NCBI RefSeq assembly: GCF_030684315.1
Contig: NC_081373.1
Coordinates: 40,649,989-40,713,988, forward strand
DNA: 64,000 bases
Direction of reading: 5' to 3'
Source of the DNA: Stegostoma tigrinum
Lineage: Eukaryota
Below the pieces are notes generated by a model that searched no databases, had not been told where the DNA came from, and saw only the letters and a program-made list of their open reading frames with translations. This document shows positions 54,132-64,000 of this stretch, piece after piece (the first letter of the stretch is position 1; each line of letters begins with the position of its first letter). The position numbers and the translations under genes were made by a program.

Positions 54132-54363
54132 AAAAACCAAAAGAACTGCGGATGCTGTAAATCAGGAAAAAAACAAAGTTGCTGGAAAGCTCAGCAGGTC
54201 TGGCAGCATCAGTGGAGGAGAAAACAGAGTTAACGTTTCAGGTCCAGTGACCCTTCCTCAGACCCCTCTTCAGAGGAAGGGTCACAGGACCTGAAACATT
54301 AACTCTGTTTTCTCCTCCACAGATGCTGCCAGATCTGCTGAACTTTTCCAGCAACATTGTTTG
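54132..54363. mobile_element. Palindromic PLE mini-element (another arm family) with hammerhead motifs on both strands
   Basis: ~90-bp inverted arms; minus strand CTGAGGA-A-GGGTCACTGGACCT-GAAAC-GTT (54261-54232); plus-strand copy mutated (CAGAGGA...GAAACATT). Confidence 0.88.
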
Positions 54364-55339
54364 TTGTTTGGTTCTGCCTATGTTTGCCTGTTGTCGGTGA
54401 AATTGAGTGGTTTAATAATTTGCCTTCGATCTCCTCTCAGCAAATTTACCTTCCACCTTTCATAAGAATTTCAAAACATGTGATGTACTTGTAAAAAACC
54501 AAAGATCCGATTTAAACTAAGAAAAGTTCTGCCTGTATGCTCCTACCCTGCTGTGTGACTGCCTCCCTAAATGTGCTATCCATGTGGCTCTCTGCCTCCC
54601 AGATTGATTCCAGCCACAGCTCAAACTCCGAAAACCTGACCTCCCCAGACAATAGTTACCAATTTGTTGTCGGCAGTAGGTGTGGAAATAAGAAGGTCAA
54701 TTCCAACGATTCTGAACCAGAAACAGCAGCAATTTATTACTTTCCACTGCTTTATGAGTATAAGCACCTGAAGAGAAGGTAAAAGGAAAAAGGCAGGGGA
54801 CTGAAACTAACAAAGCTACTTTTGCAATTGACTAACAGGGTTGGATCACTTGTGCCTTTGCTCTAATCATTCTATGATTGAATAATTATTCAATTCTTTG
54901 CCTGGTGACAACGCACAAGCTTTCCAGAAAAACAAACAGCAGGATACTTGGTTGATGGAAGCACACGGAATTCCGTCACTTGCAGATTTTGTCATTCTGC
55001 AAAACCTTTGCCAGTCAGTTCTTACGTCCGGACTTAGTGAAGTCCAAATCCAGGTGAAGTGAGCAAAGAAGAAGGATAATTCTCTGTAACTTTGAAGGGT
55101 GAGCCAGATTGTTGAGACTTCTGCAAGGTTGGGGTCTAAATAAAACCACAAGAACTGCAGTCTGCCTTCTGTGTGCGTGCCATGAACAAAATGGCAAATT
55201 GCAGCTGCAAACCCATGCTGTACTTGTCCAAGATCTCATATCCAGCAGCAATGGTTCACATAGCGCTTGTGAACATCTCGCCCATCAGAATTATTGACAT
55301 TGTGGCTTGCTGAATTTGCAACTTTAATCTTCTTATGGC

Positions 55340-55790
55340 ATGCAAGTCAAGCAAGTTAAGAAAAAGGGCAACTGAAATGTTGGTCTTACTGCAAGAAGGG
55401 TGGAGTGTAACAGGAGGAAGTCTTGATGCAACTGCACCAGGCATTTGTGAGATTATACCAAGAATACTGTGCACAGTCTCCTTATATTATGATTTACTTG
55501 TACTGGAAGCCATACAAAGAAGATTCATTAAGTTGATTTCTGAGATTAAGAGATCGCCGTTTGAGAAAATATTGAGTAGGTTTACGCTTTATTCACTGGA
55601 GTTTAGAAGAATGAGAGGCAATCTTATTGAAATAGCTTGGCATGTAAGATGCTGACAGGATGTTTCCCTTCTTTGGGGAATTTCAGAGGTGAGGTGAGAG
55701 TGACTGTCCTTGGCCACATATGACAGAGAGCAGAATAACAGAGCCCTAAAAAAGACGTCAATGGGAATCAGAAGGAAAGTTTTCCACAGT
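55340..55790 (+). mobile_element. Old CR1 3' fragment
   Basis: LEAIQRRFIKLI...YSLEFRRMRGNLIE. Confidence 0.82.
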
Positions 55791-56279
55791 CTAGAAACAT
55801 ACCTAGCACAAAGAAAAAATGTTATGGTGTTAGTGGCCAATCATCTCAAACTCAGGACAATTCTGCAGTTTTTCAGAATTGTGTTCTAGCCCAGCATTGT
55901 GAGGAATGTGTCTATTTGGTTTTGTGTCTTTAAAAGCTGTAGACTGCAATGAGACAGAACTGTTTTTAAAAACAGGAATTTAATAAGTGCCTGCATAATT
56001 TTACAATAAGAACTTGATACCTATTGTAACCATTGTATTTTTTTGTGGGTCTGGGTTCCGGCAATGTGCAGATGATCAGGACCTGAGAAGTTGATTACAA
56101 TTTTCCAGCTAATTCTGCAGATTGGAACTGGAAACAAGTTATAGAGACACAGACACATGGAAACAGAAAGACACAAAAGTGAGTTCTGTTGGTTTCTCCA
56201 ATTGGAGCTGCCTGTTCTCTGCAGTAAAAATCAACTTAAACATTAAGAAAACCAGTTACCTTTCCTGTAGCAGTTGCTG

Positions 56280-56470
56280 ATTGTTGGAAAAACCCATCTG
56301 GTTCACAACTGCCCTTTAGAGAAGGAAATTGCCATCCTTACCTGGTCAGGCCTCTATGTGACTCCAGACCCACAGCAATGTGGTTGACTCTGAACTGCCC
56401 TCTGGGCAATTAGGGATGGGCAGTAAATGCTGCCTAGCCATTGATGCCCTCATTTCGTGAATGAATAAAG
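56280..56470 (+). mobile_element. SINE 3' portion (family B tail)
   Basis: aaaacccatctggttcac...ccagacccacagcaatgtggttgactc...gggcaattagggatgggcagtaaatgc. Confidence 0.85.
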
Positions 56471-57009
56471 AATAAAATGTAAGGGGGTATTTTATGAGGA
56501 GAATTTGGTTAGTCATGTTGTATGAACATGGTTTATATCTGTTTATATGTAGCTGTAGTCTAATCACTTGGAATAAATAGCATTTCTTATTTAGTATTGA
56601 AACATGGTCTACACTTTCTATCAACCTTGATCTGAAAGTCAGGTAAATCCAAGTCATGTGTATAACCTAAAAAATTTTAACTTTTAGTACAACTCTACCT
56701 CAATTTATAGCATATTATCCCAGCTGGTTGTAACGCCATCTTCAGCTGCTTACACAGTGCTCTCCCCTCCATCACAAGATGAGAAGTAGGGAAATTCACT
56801 GACGATTGTATAATGCCCAGTTCCATCTGCAGTTGCTCACATAATGACACTGCCCATGGCCAAAAATAAAAAAAAACTGGGCAATGGTCAAACATATAAA
56901 TACTTGAGTGACAAGATCTGTTTGAGGTTAGGAATTCTATGATGAAAGCGGGTCAGATAGTGTATATCCTGTGGTGAGTAACTCTCCAACATATATATGT
57001 AGAGAGTTA

Positions 57010-57535
57010 CATATTTGGAGCAGGACGAGGCCATTCAGTCCTTTGTGCCTTTTCCACCATTTGATCAGATCGTGGATAATCAAATGCGGTCTCAATTCCA
57101 CTTTCCTATCTATCCTCTATATCATTTGGCTGACTTGTCAAGAAAAACTTATCTAGCTCAGCCTTAAAAATATCCATTGTCTTGTCTCTGCTGACTGCTA
57201 CAGATAAGAGTTGCAAAGGCGAACAACTCTCTCTGAGAAGGCATTTCTTCCCAACTCATATTAAATGGAAGAGCCCTTATTTTTAAAATATACTGACGAG
57301 TTCTAGATGCTCCACAAGAGGTTAACATCCTGTCGACAACAATCCTATAAAACTCTCTCAAAATCTCATATGTTTCAGTAAGAGTACTTCTCATTCTCCA
57401 ATTGCAATCAGTATGGACCCAAAATTTCTTCATAAAATAACTCCTTCATCTCAGGAATTGGCCAAGTAAACCTTCTCAGAACTGTTTCTAATGCAAGTGT
57501 ATCCTTTGTTAAGTAAAGAGAGCAAAATTGTACAT
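57010..57535 (-). mobile_element. Old CR1 3' fragment
   Basis: RMRSTLTETYEILR...SRTRQYILKIR; CR1 tail near 57015. Confidence 0.78.
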
Positions 57536-57829
57536 CACAGAATTGTCACAGTGCCCAAGGCCAAACAGTAACCCCACGCCACCATTGTGTCTGCGCCAGT
57601 TCTCCAAAAGAGCACCAAAACTTAGTGCTACTCTCCTGTCCTTTCCCTGTAACCCTGCACAGTGTTTCTGTCCAAACATTTATCTAATGCCCTCTTCAAT
57701 TCATTGATGACACAGCCTCCACTGCACTTTCAGGCAGTGCATTCCAGATCTAAACCTTTTGCTGTCTGAAGATGTCTTCTCTTGTGTAGTAGCTGCTGAA
57801 ATGATAGTCCTGATATTGAAAACCTTTAA

Positions 57830-58800
57830 ATGGAATTAAGTTGAAGGTGGATCTTGATAATGTTAACTTTTGAGGCTGTGGCTATTTCCTTTGGTGACTT
57901 GTTCCATTGTGGCATTAGCCCCAGGAAAAAAGATTTTTGATGCACTACCTTGAAAATAAAGGTGTGTGGATGACTGCTTTGTACGTTATCTACCAGGTGC
58001 ATGATTCTATCAACTCCCACCAGTCTGTTCAATATTTTATAGAAAATGGTCAGTCAGATGTTTGCCTTCCTTTGCTGTTGTGATCATCATTCCAAATCTT
58101 TGATCAATGATGCAGCACTGGTAAGCCTTCAAATGCTGATTCATGCAGAATTGTACTGCACAGCTTTGAATTCAATCTTGCTTATATCTCTCAATGTACA
58201 AGGATCCCACAAACAACTTACATAGTCTGGGATTGGATTAACCAGTGTTCCATAAGCTGTAACTCAGATATTTTTGTTGCAATACCAAAGATTCCTCCAT
58301 AGAAATTTGAACTCTTGTTATTATAGAATTAATCTACAGAATGCGGAACCCTCATTAAAGGATATTTTTAATACGAACCCCTTAGTCATGGCTGTGTATC
58401 TACCTGGTTGAGAATTTGATTGTAGGAATTAAAGATGTCTGTTGGTGTGTGTTTTTTTTAATTATGGATGAAAGTGACATAATGATTTTTTTTCTCATTG
58501 AGGACAATCCCTCATTGTCTGCATTTTTTTCAATTCCAGAAGATCATCTTGTAATGAATTTTTATGATCTCAATCTTTCCCTAATGTGTAAACCATTCAA
58601 TATCCTGTGAATAGTCATAACCTGCTTATTGATTAATTGAGAAGGCCCTGTATGTAGCCAAGATAAGGGGAAATTCATAACACAATTCCCTGGGGCACCT
58701 CGTCATTACATCTCTGGGAGAGGATGATTCCTTATTCCAATTCATTCCCTGATTTCTGCTGGTAAGGAAGTGGCAAATCCACATTAATAATGTCCCATGT
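57830..58800 (-). mobile_element. Very old LINE remnant (CR1/Crack-like RT C-terminus)
   Basis: Minus strand gives degenerate LWRNLWYC...AYGTLVNPIPDY...LWDPC..RDISKIE (58160-58300); boundaries uncertain. Confidence 0.45.
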
Positions 58801-59380
58801 TCCATAAAAGTGAAATTTATTCCTGTATCTGTACTTTCTTGAAAAAAAATTACATTTATTATGTTTCAATCTGATTGGGCCTTTCCAGAATGTGGAGAAC
58901 TACTGAAGAATTTTGGAAAATTACAATCAATCATCTATAATTTCAACTGCCACTTCTTCTTAAGACCCTAGGAGCAGATTCTGGGGATTTGAATTAAATT
59001 GAATTAGCTTTATTGTCACACATACTCACAGTGAAGAAAAGTTTACACTTATAGTGGCATCTTAGATACCAAGGCACCTAGATACAGATTCTTAAGTACA
59101 AATTCTTCGGGAAAAAATTAGAAACCAACGATAAAGTCCAGCAGTACAGACGTTGAAAAGTACAAAAACATGGTAATAAATTAGAAAAATAAAGAAATAA
59201 AAAGTTCAGAATAACAGTCCTTCCATGAAAATATAATAAAGAAAAAAATTTAAAGACAATGAGTATTTAAGACAAAAGTCTTAAATTGTGAGTCTTTAGT
59301 TCTAATTGAGCGCTTTCCATGGTCATTGTATTACCTGACATTCAAAAGCCTTTTCACAATCTAAAAGATACAAGTCAGTG

Positions 59381-60590
59381 TGGGTTCTGCCAGGGCCACT
59401 CAGCTCCTGACCTCATCACAGCCTTGGTTTAAACTTGGAAAAAACAGCTGAATTCCAGAGGTGAGGTGAAAGTGACAGCCCTTGACATCAAGGCTGCATT
59501 TGACTGAGTGTGGCATCAAGGAACCCTCAGCAAAACTGGATTCAATGTGTATTAAGGGTAAACTCTCCAAAGGTTAGAGATATACTTAACACATCGGAAG
59601 ATGGTCATCATTGTTGGAGGTCAGTCATCTCAGCTCCAAGACAGCTCTTCAGTAGTTCCTCAGAGTCGTGTCCTGCGGTCAACCATCTTCAGCTGCTTCA
59701 TCAATGACCTTCCTTCCATCATAACCTTAGAGGTGGGGATGTTCACCGATGATGGCACAATGTTTAGCACCATTCATGACTCCTCAGATACTCAGCAAAT
59801 ACAACAAGATCTGGGCAATATCCAGACTTGGGCTGACAAGTGGCAAGTAACATTTGTGTCACACAAATGCCAGGCTATGGCCATCATCAATAAGAGACAA
59901 TCTAACCACAGCCCTTGATATTCAATGGTGTTACCATCACTGAATCCCCCACTAACAACACCATGGGGTTACCATTAACAGGAAGTGCAACTGGACTCAC
60001 TGGGTAAACACAGTGGCTACAACAGCAGGTCAGAGGCTTGGAATAATGCCTTGAGTAAAACACCCCCTGACTCCCCAAAGCCTGTCCACCATCTACAAGG
60101 CACAAATCAGGAGTGTGATGGAATAGTCCCCACTTGTATGGATGAGTGCAGTCCCAACAACACTCAAGAAGCTTGACAACATCGAGGACAATGTAGCCCA
60201 CTTGATTAGCACCAAATCCACAAGCAACTGCTCCCTCCAACACCAATGCTCAGTGCAGCAGTTTGTATTATCTGCAAGATGCACTGCAGAAATCCATCAA
60301 ACACCCTCAGAAAGCACCTTCTAAACCCATGACCATTTCCATCTAGAAGGACCAAGGCAGCAGACACAAGGGAACACCACCATCTTCAAATTCCCGTCCA
60401 AAGCCATTCATTAATCTGACTTGAAAATATTCTACTGTTTCTTCATTGTTGCCGGATCAAATTCCTGGAATTCGCTCCATAACGGCATTGAGGTAGACTG
60501 CAGTGGTTCAAGAAGGCAGCTCACCGCCACCTTGGGCAGCTAAGCATGGGCAATAAATTCTGGCAACGCCCACATCCCAAAAATGAATCT
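59381..60590 (+). mobile_element. LINE family B 3' half (RT and tail); lies inside the inferred inversion
   Basis: ALDIKAAFD*VWH, VPQSRVLRSTIFSCFINDLP, MFTDD, DKWQVTF motifs. Confidence 0.93.
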
Positions 60591-60999
60591 ATAATTAAAT
60601 AAATAAATCCTCGTCCTTGGCTTCAAACTTCTTAGTCACCTCTATCCCTTTAACCTCCTCCCGCCTCATATATTTCTGAGACACCCATCCTCCTCAAATT
60701 ATTAGCTTTTGTGCATTCCCAGATTCTCTGCCTAAAACTCTCCTACTCTACTCTCTGTTCTCTTTTAAAATGTTACTTAAAAATTATCCCTTTCACAACG
60801 CCTTTGCTGATGCGCCCTAATGTTTACTTCTGGGTTTCTGTGTTCAGATTTGACATTATGCTTCAGTATGATTGGAAGCATCACAGGAGCAGCAGGGCAT
60901 TCAGATGCTCTAACCTCTCCAACTGAGTCAGGCCACGGATGGACTCTATCATAACTCCACTGATCTGCCCATCCATCCATAATCCTTCATAAGCTTCAT

Positions 61000-61500
61000 T
61001 CATTCATTGAATGTGGGCATCATTAACAAGACAAAGATTGATTGCTCATCCTGAATTGCCTTTGAAAGTGTCTTGTTAATTTGCCTTCTTAAACCACAGT
61101 CGTCTTGGACTAAAAGTAACCTTTTGATGTGCTATTAGTTTGTTCCATAGTGGAATTGGCCCTGGGAATTTGATTCAGTGATGATGAAGGAATTGTGATA
61201 TATTTCCTAATCAGGATAATTTGGTGCATTGTTGGGGGAAATTTGGAAGTCACAGCTTTCCCATGTGCACGCTGACTTTAGCCTTCCGAAACATAACGGT
61301 TATGAGTTTAGAGGGTGGTTTCTGAGGAGTCTTGACAAGTTGCTCATGTACCTTCTGAGTTGGCACACACAACGTATCAGCACTGTTGATGAAAGGAGTG
61401 GTGGATTAAAGCTGGTAGACAGGGTGCTAATCAAGTTGATTACATTGTCTTGGATGAGCATCAAGCACCTGAAGTGTAAGTAGAACTACACTCTTCCAGA
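61000..61500 (-). mobile_element. Old family-B LINE 3' end
   Basis: cattcattgaatgtgggcatc...attgctcatcctgaattgcc is the reverse complement of the family tail. Confidence 0.65.
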
Positions 61501-61782
61501 AGGTGGAGGTCTGGGTAGGAACTCCATCTCAGGACCAGATGCCCACAGAAGGCGAATCATAATGTGACCAAGCAAGTTGATTATCGATATATAAATCTTT
61601 CCAATACATCTATGGCAGGCAATAAGAGTGAGAGAGTTTCCTGTCTAGCCAAAAGCCAGGAGCAACTGCATGGAACAGCCTCTCCCATGTTAAAAGACTC
61701 TACATGCAGGTTTTTGCCATGGGCAAATATAATCTTCATTCCTAGAATCTACGATACAATTAGCCAGGCAAATTGAGAGTAT

Positions 61783-63350
61783 TCAAATGCAGCCTTGATG
61801 TCAAGGGCTGTCACTTTCACCTCACCTCTGGAATTCAGCTGTTTTGTCCAAGTTTAAACCAAGGCTGTAATGAGGTCGGGAGCTGAGTGGCCCTGGCAGA
61901 ACCCAAACTGGGCATCGCTGAGTATGTGCTGCTTGATAGCACTGTTGAAGACACCTTCCATCACTTTACTGATGACTGAGAGTAGACTGATGGGGAAATA
62001 ATTGGGCAGTTTGGATTTGTCCTTCTTTTTATGTATAGGACATACTTGGGCAATTTTCCACATTGTTGGGTAGTTGCCAGTGTTATAACTGTCCTGGCAC
62101 AGTTTGGCTGGGGGGGCAGCATGTTCTGAAGCACAAGTCTTCAATTTCATTGCTAGAATGTTGTCAGGACCCATAGCCTTTGCTGTATCCAGTGTCTCCA
62201 ACCATTTCTTGATATCACATGGAATGAATTGTATTGGCTGAACACTGGTATTTGTAATGCTGGGGATAAAGTTTTATCTTTTGCATTGATGTGCTGGACT
62301 CCTCCATCATTGAAGATGTGGATATTTGTGGAGCTTCCTCCTCCTGTGAGCTGTTTAATTGTCCATCACCATTCATGACTGGATGTGGCAGGATTGTAGA
62401 GTTTAGATCTGATCCATTGGTTGTGGGATCATTTAACTTTGTCTACCTCCTGCTATGTTTACCTCATCTTCAGGCATGCCTGGTGCTGGTCCTGGTATGC
62501 CCTCCTGCACCCTCTATTGAACGAGGGTTGATCCTCTGGCTTGATGGTAATGGTTGAGTGGGGGATATGTCGGGCCAAGAGGTTACAGATGGAGTACAAT
62601 TCTGCTGCTGTGGATGGCCCACAGCGCCTCATGGATGCCCAGTCTTGAGTCGCTAGATCTGTGTGAAGTCTGTTCCATTTAGCACGGTGATAGTGCCAGA
62701 CAACACGTTGGAGGTCTTTCTCAATGCAAAGGTGGAACATTGTCTCCACAAGGACTATGCAATAGTCAATCTTACTGATACTGTCATGGACAGATGCATC
62801 TGCAGCTTCAGACTGGTCAGGATGAGGTCAAGTAGGCTTTCCCCCTTGTAAGTTCCTGCACCACCTGGCGCAGACCCAGTCCACCAACCACATCCTTTGG
62901 GGTCCGACCAGCTTAATCTGTACTACTGCTGCCGGGTCACTCTTCATGGTGGACTTTGAAAGCCCCCCTCCCAGAGTACATTTCGTGCCTTTTCCATCCT
63001 CAGTGCTTCCTCCAAGGGTTGTTCAACCTGGAGGAGCACTGCTTCATCAGCTGAGTGAAGATGGTATATGGTAATCAGAAGGAGGTTTCCTTGCCCATGT
63101 TTAACCAGAAGCCATGAGACTTTGTGGGGTCTGGAGTCAATGTTGAGGACTTCCAGGCCAACTCCCACCCGACTGTATACCACTGTGCCATAACCTCGGA
63201 TGGGTCTGTCCTGCCAGTGGGACAGGACATATTCAGGGATGGTGTAGGTGGTGTCTGGGACATTGTCTGTTAGGTATGATTCTGTGAGTATGACTATGTC
63301 AGGCTGTTGCTTGACTAGACTGTGAGACAGCTCTCCCAATTTTGGCAGAT
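61783..63350 (-). mobile_element. LINE family B 5' half (APE endonuclease and RT N-terminus)
   Basis: ORF 62944-63363 QQPDIVILTESYL...; ORF 61854-62201 KAMGPDNI...PISLLSVISKVME...QFGFCQGHSAPDLITALV. Confidence 0.93.
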
Positions 63351-63369
63351 GCAGCCTACTCACACAGGC

Positions 63370-64000
63370 CTAGGCCACTACCCTGAGGAACTCCTGCAGG
63401 AGGCCTGGAGCTGAAATGACTGACTTCCATCAACCACGACCGTCTTCCTTCGTGTCAGGTATGACTCCACCACCAGAGAGTTTTTCCCCGATACCCATTG
63501 ATTCCAGTTTTGCTCGGGCTCCTTGATGCCACATTCGGTTAAATGCAGCCTTGATGTCAAGGGCTGTCGCTCTCACCTCTCCTCTGGAATTCAGCTCTTT
63601 TGTCCATGTTTGAACCGAGGCTGTAATGAGGTCAGAAGCTGAGTGGCCCTGGTAGAACCCAAACTGGGCATCACTGAGCAGGTTATTGCTGAGCAGGTGC
63701 TGCTTGATAGCGCTGTTACTGACACCTTCCATCACTTTACCAATGATCAAGGCTGAACTGATGGGGCAGTAATTGGCCAGGTTGGATTTGTCCTATTTTT
63801 TATGTATAGGATATACTTGGGCTATTTTCCACATTGTTGGGTAGACGCCAGTGTTGTAACTGTACTGGCACAGTTTGGATAAGGGAGCGGCAAGTTCTGG
63901 AGAACAAGGCTTCAGTACTATTGCCGGAATATTGGCTGGGGCCATAGCTTTGCAATATCCACTGTCTCTAATCATTTCTTGCTATAACGTGGAGTGAATG
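63370..64000 (-). mobile_element. Separate LINE family B RT fragment
   Basis: ORF 63430-63750 QFGFYQGHSASDL...ALDIKAAFNRMWHQG. Confidence 0.92.

Overview
Eukaryotic, repeat-dense genomic DNA from a cartilaginous fish. HE1/V-SINEs, a SacSINE-like DeuSINE, shark-type CR1 and Penelope tails point to a shark; an orectolobiform such as a bamboo shark is an inference. The only host gene found is the middle of DNTT (terminal deoxynucleotidyl transferase, Pol X family) on the minus strand: five coding exons (equivalent to exons 3-7) at 28757-28653, 17413-17243, 15123-15052, 10563-10440 and 5091-4959. All have AG/GT borders and splice into one open frame. Exons 1-2 and 8-11 were not found, so intron 2 appears to exceed 35 kb. 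The introns are filled with decayed transposons: CR1 LINEs (two near full length), a second CR1/L2-group LINE and its partner SINE, HE1 SINEs, Penelope-like elements (PLEs) with minimal hammerhead-ribozyme motifs, an L1/Tx1 fragment, a Gypsy gag remnant and Harbinger-type Myb/SANT remnants. Almost all ORFs in the supplied track are TE fragments or noise. Most notable observations: (i) a ~2.4-kb inversion with a 123-bp inverted duplication, reconstructable from two broken LINEs; (ii) a 382-bp ~99% identical inverted templated insertion; (iii) palindromic, hammerhead-bearing PLE mini-elements, one clearly bounded by a target-site duplication (TSD); (iv) a Tx1 LINE inserted right beside a PLE hammerhead; (v) an apparently shifted splice acceptor at DNTT exon 3. 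I cannot establish a wholly new biological system from sequence alone. TE boundaries are by-eye estimates unless a TSD is quoted.
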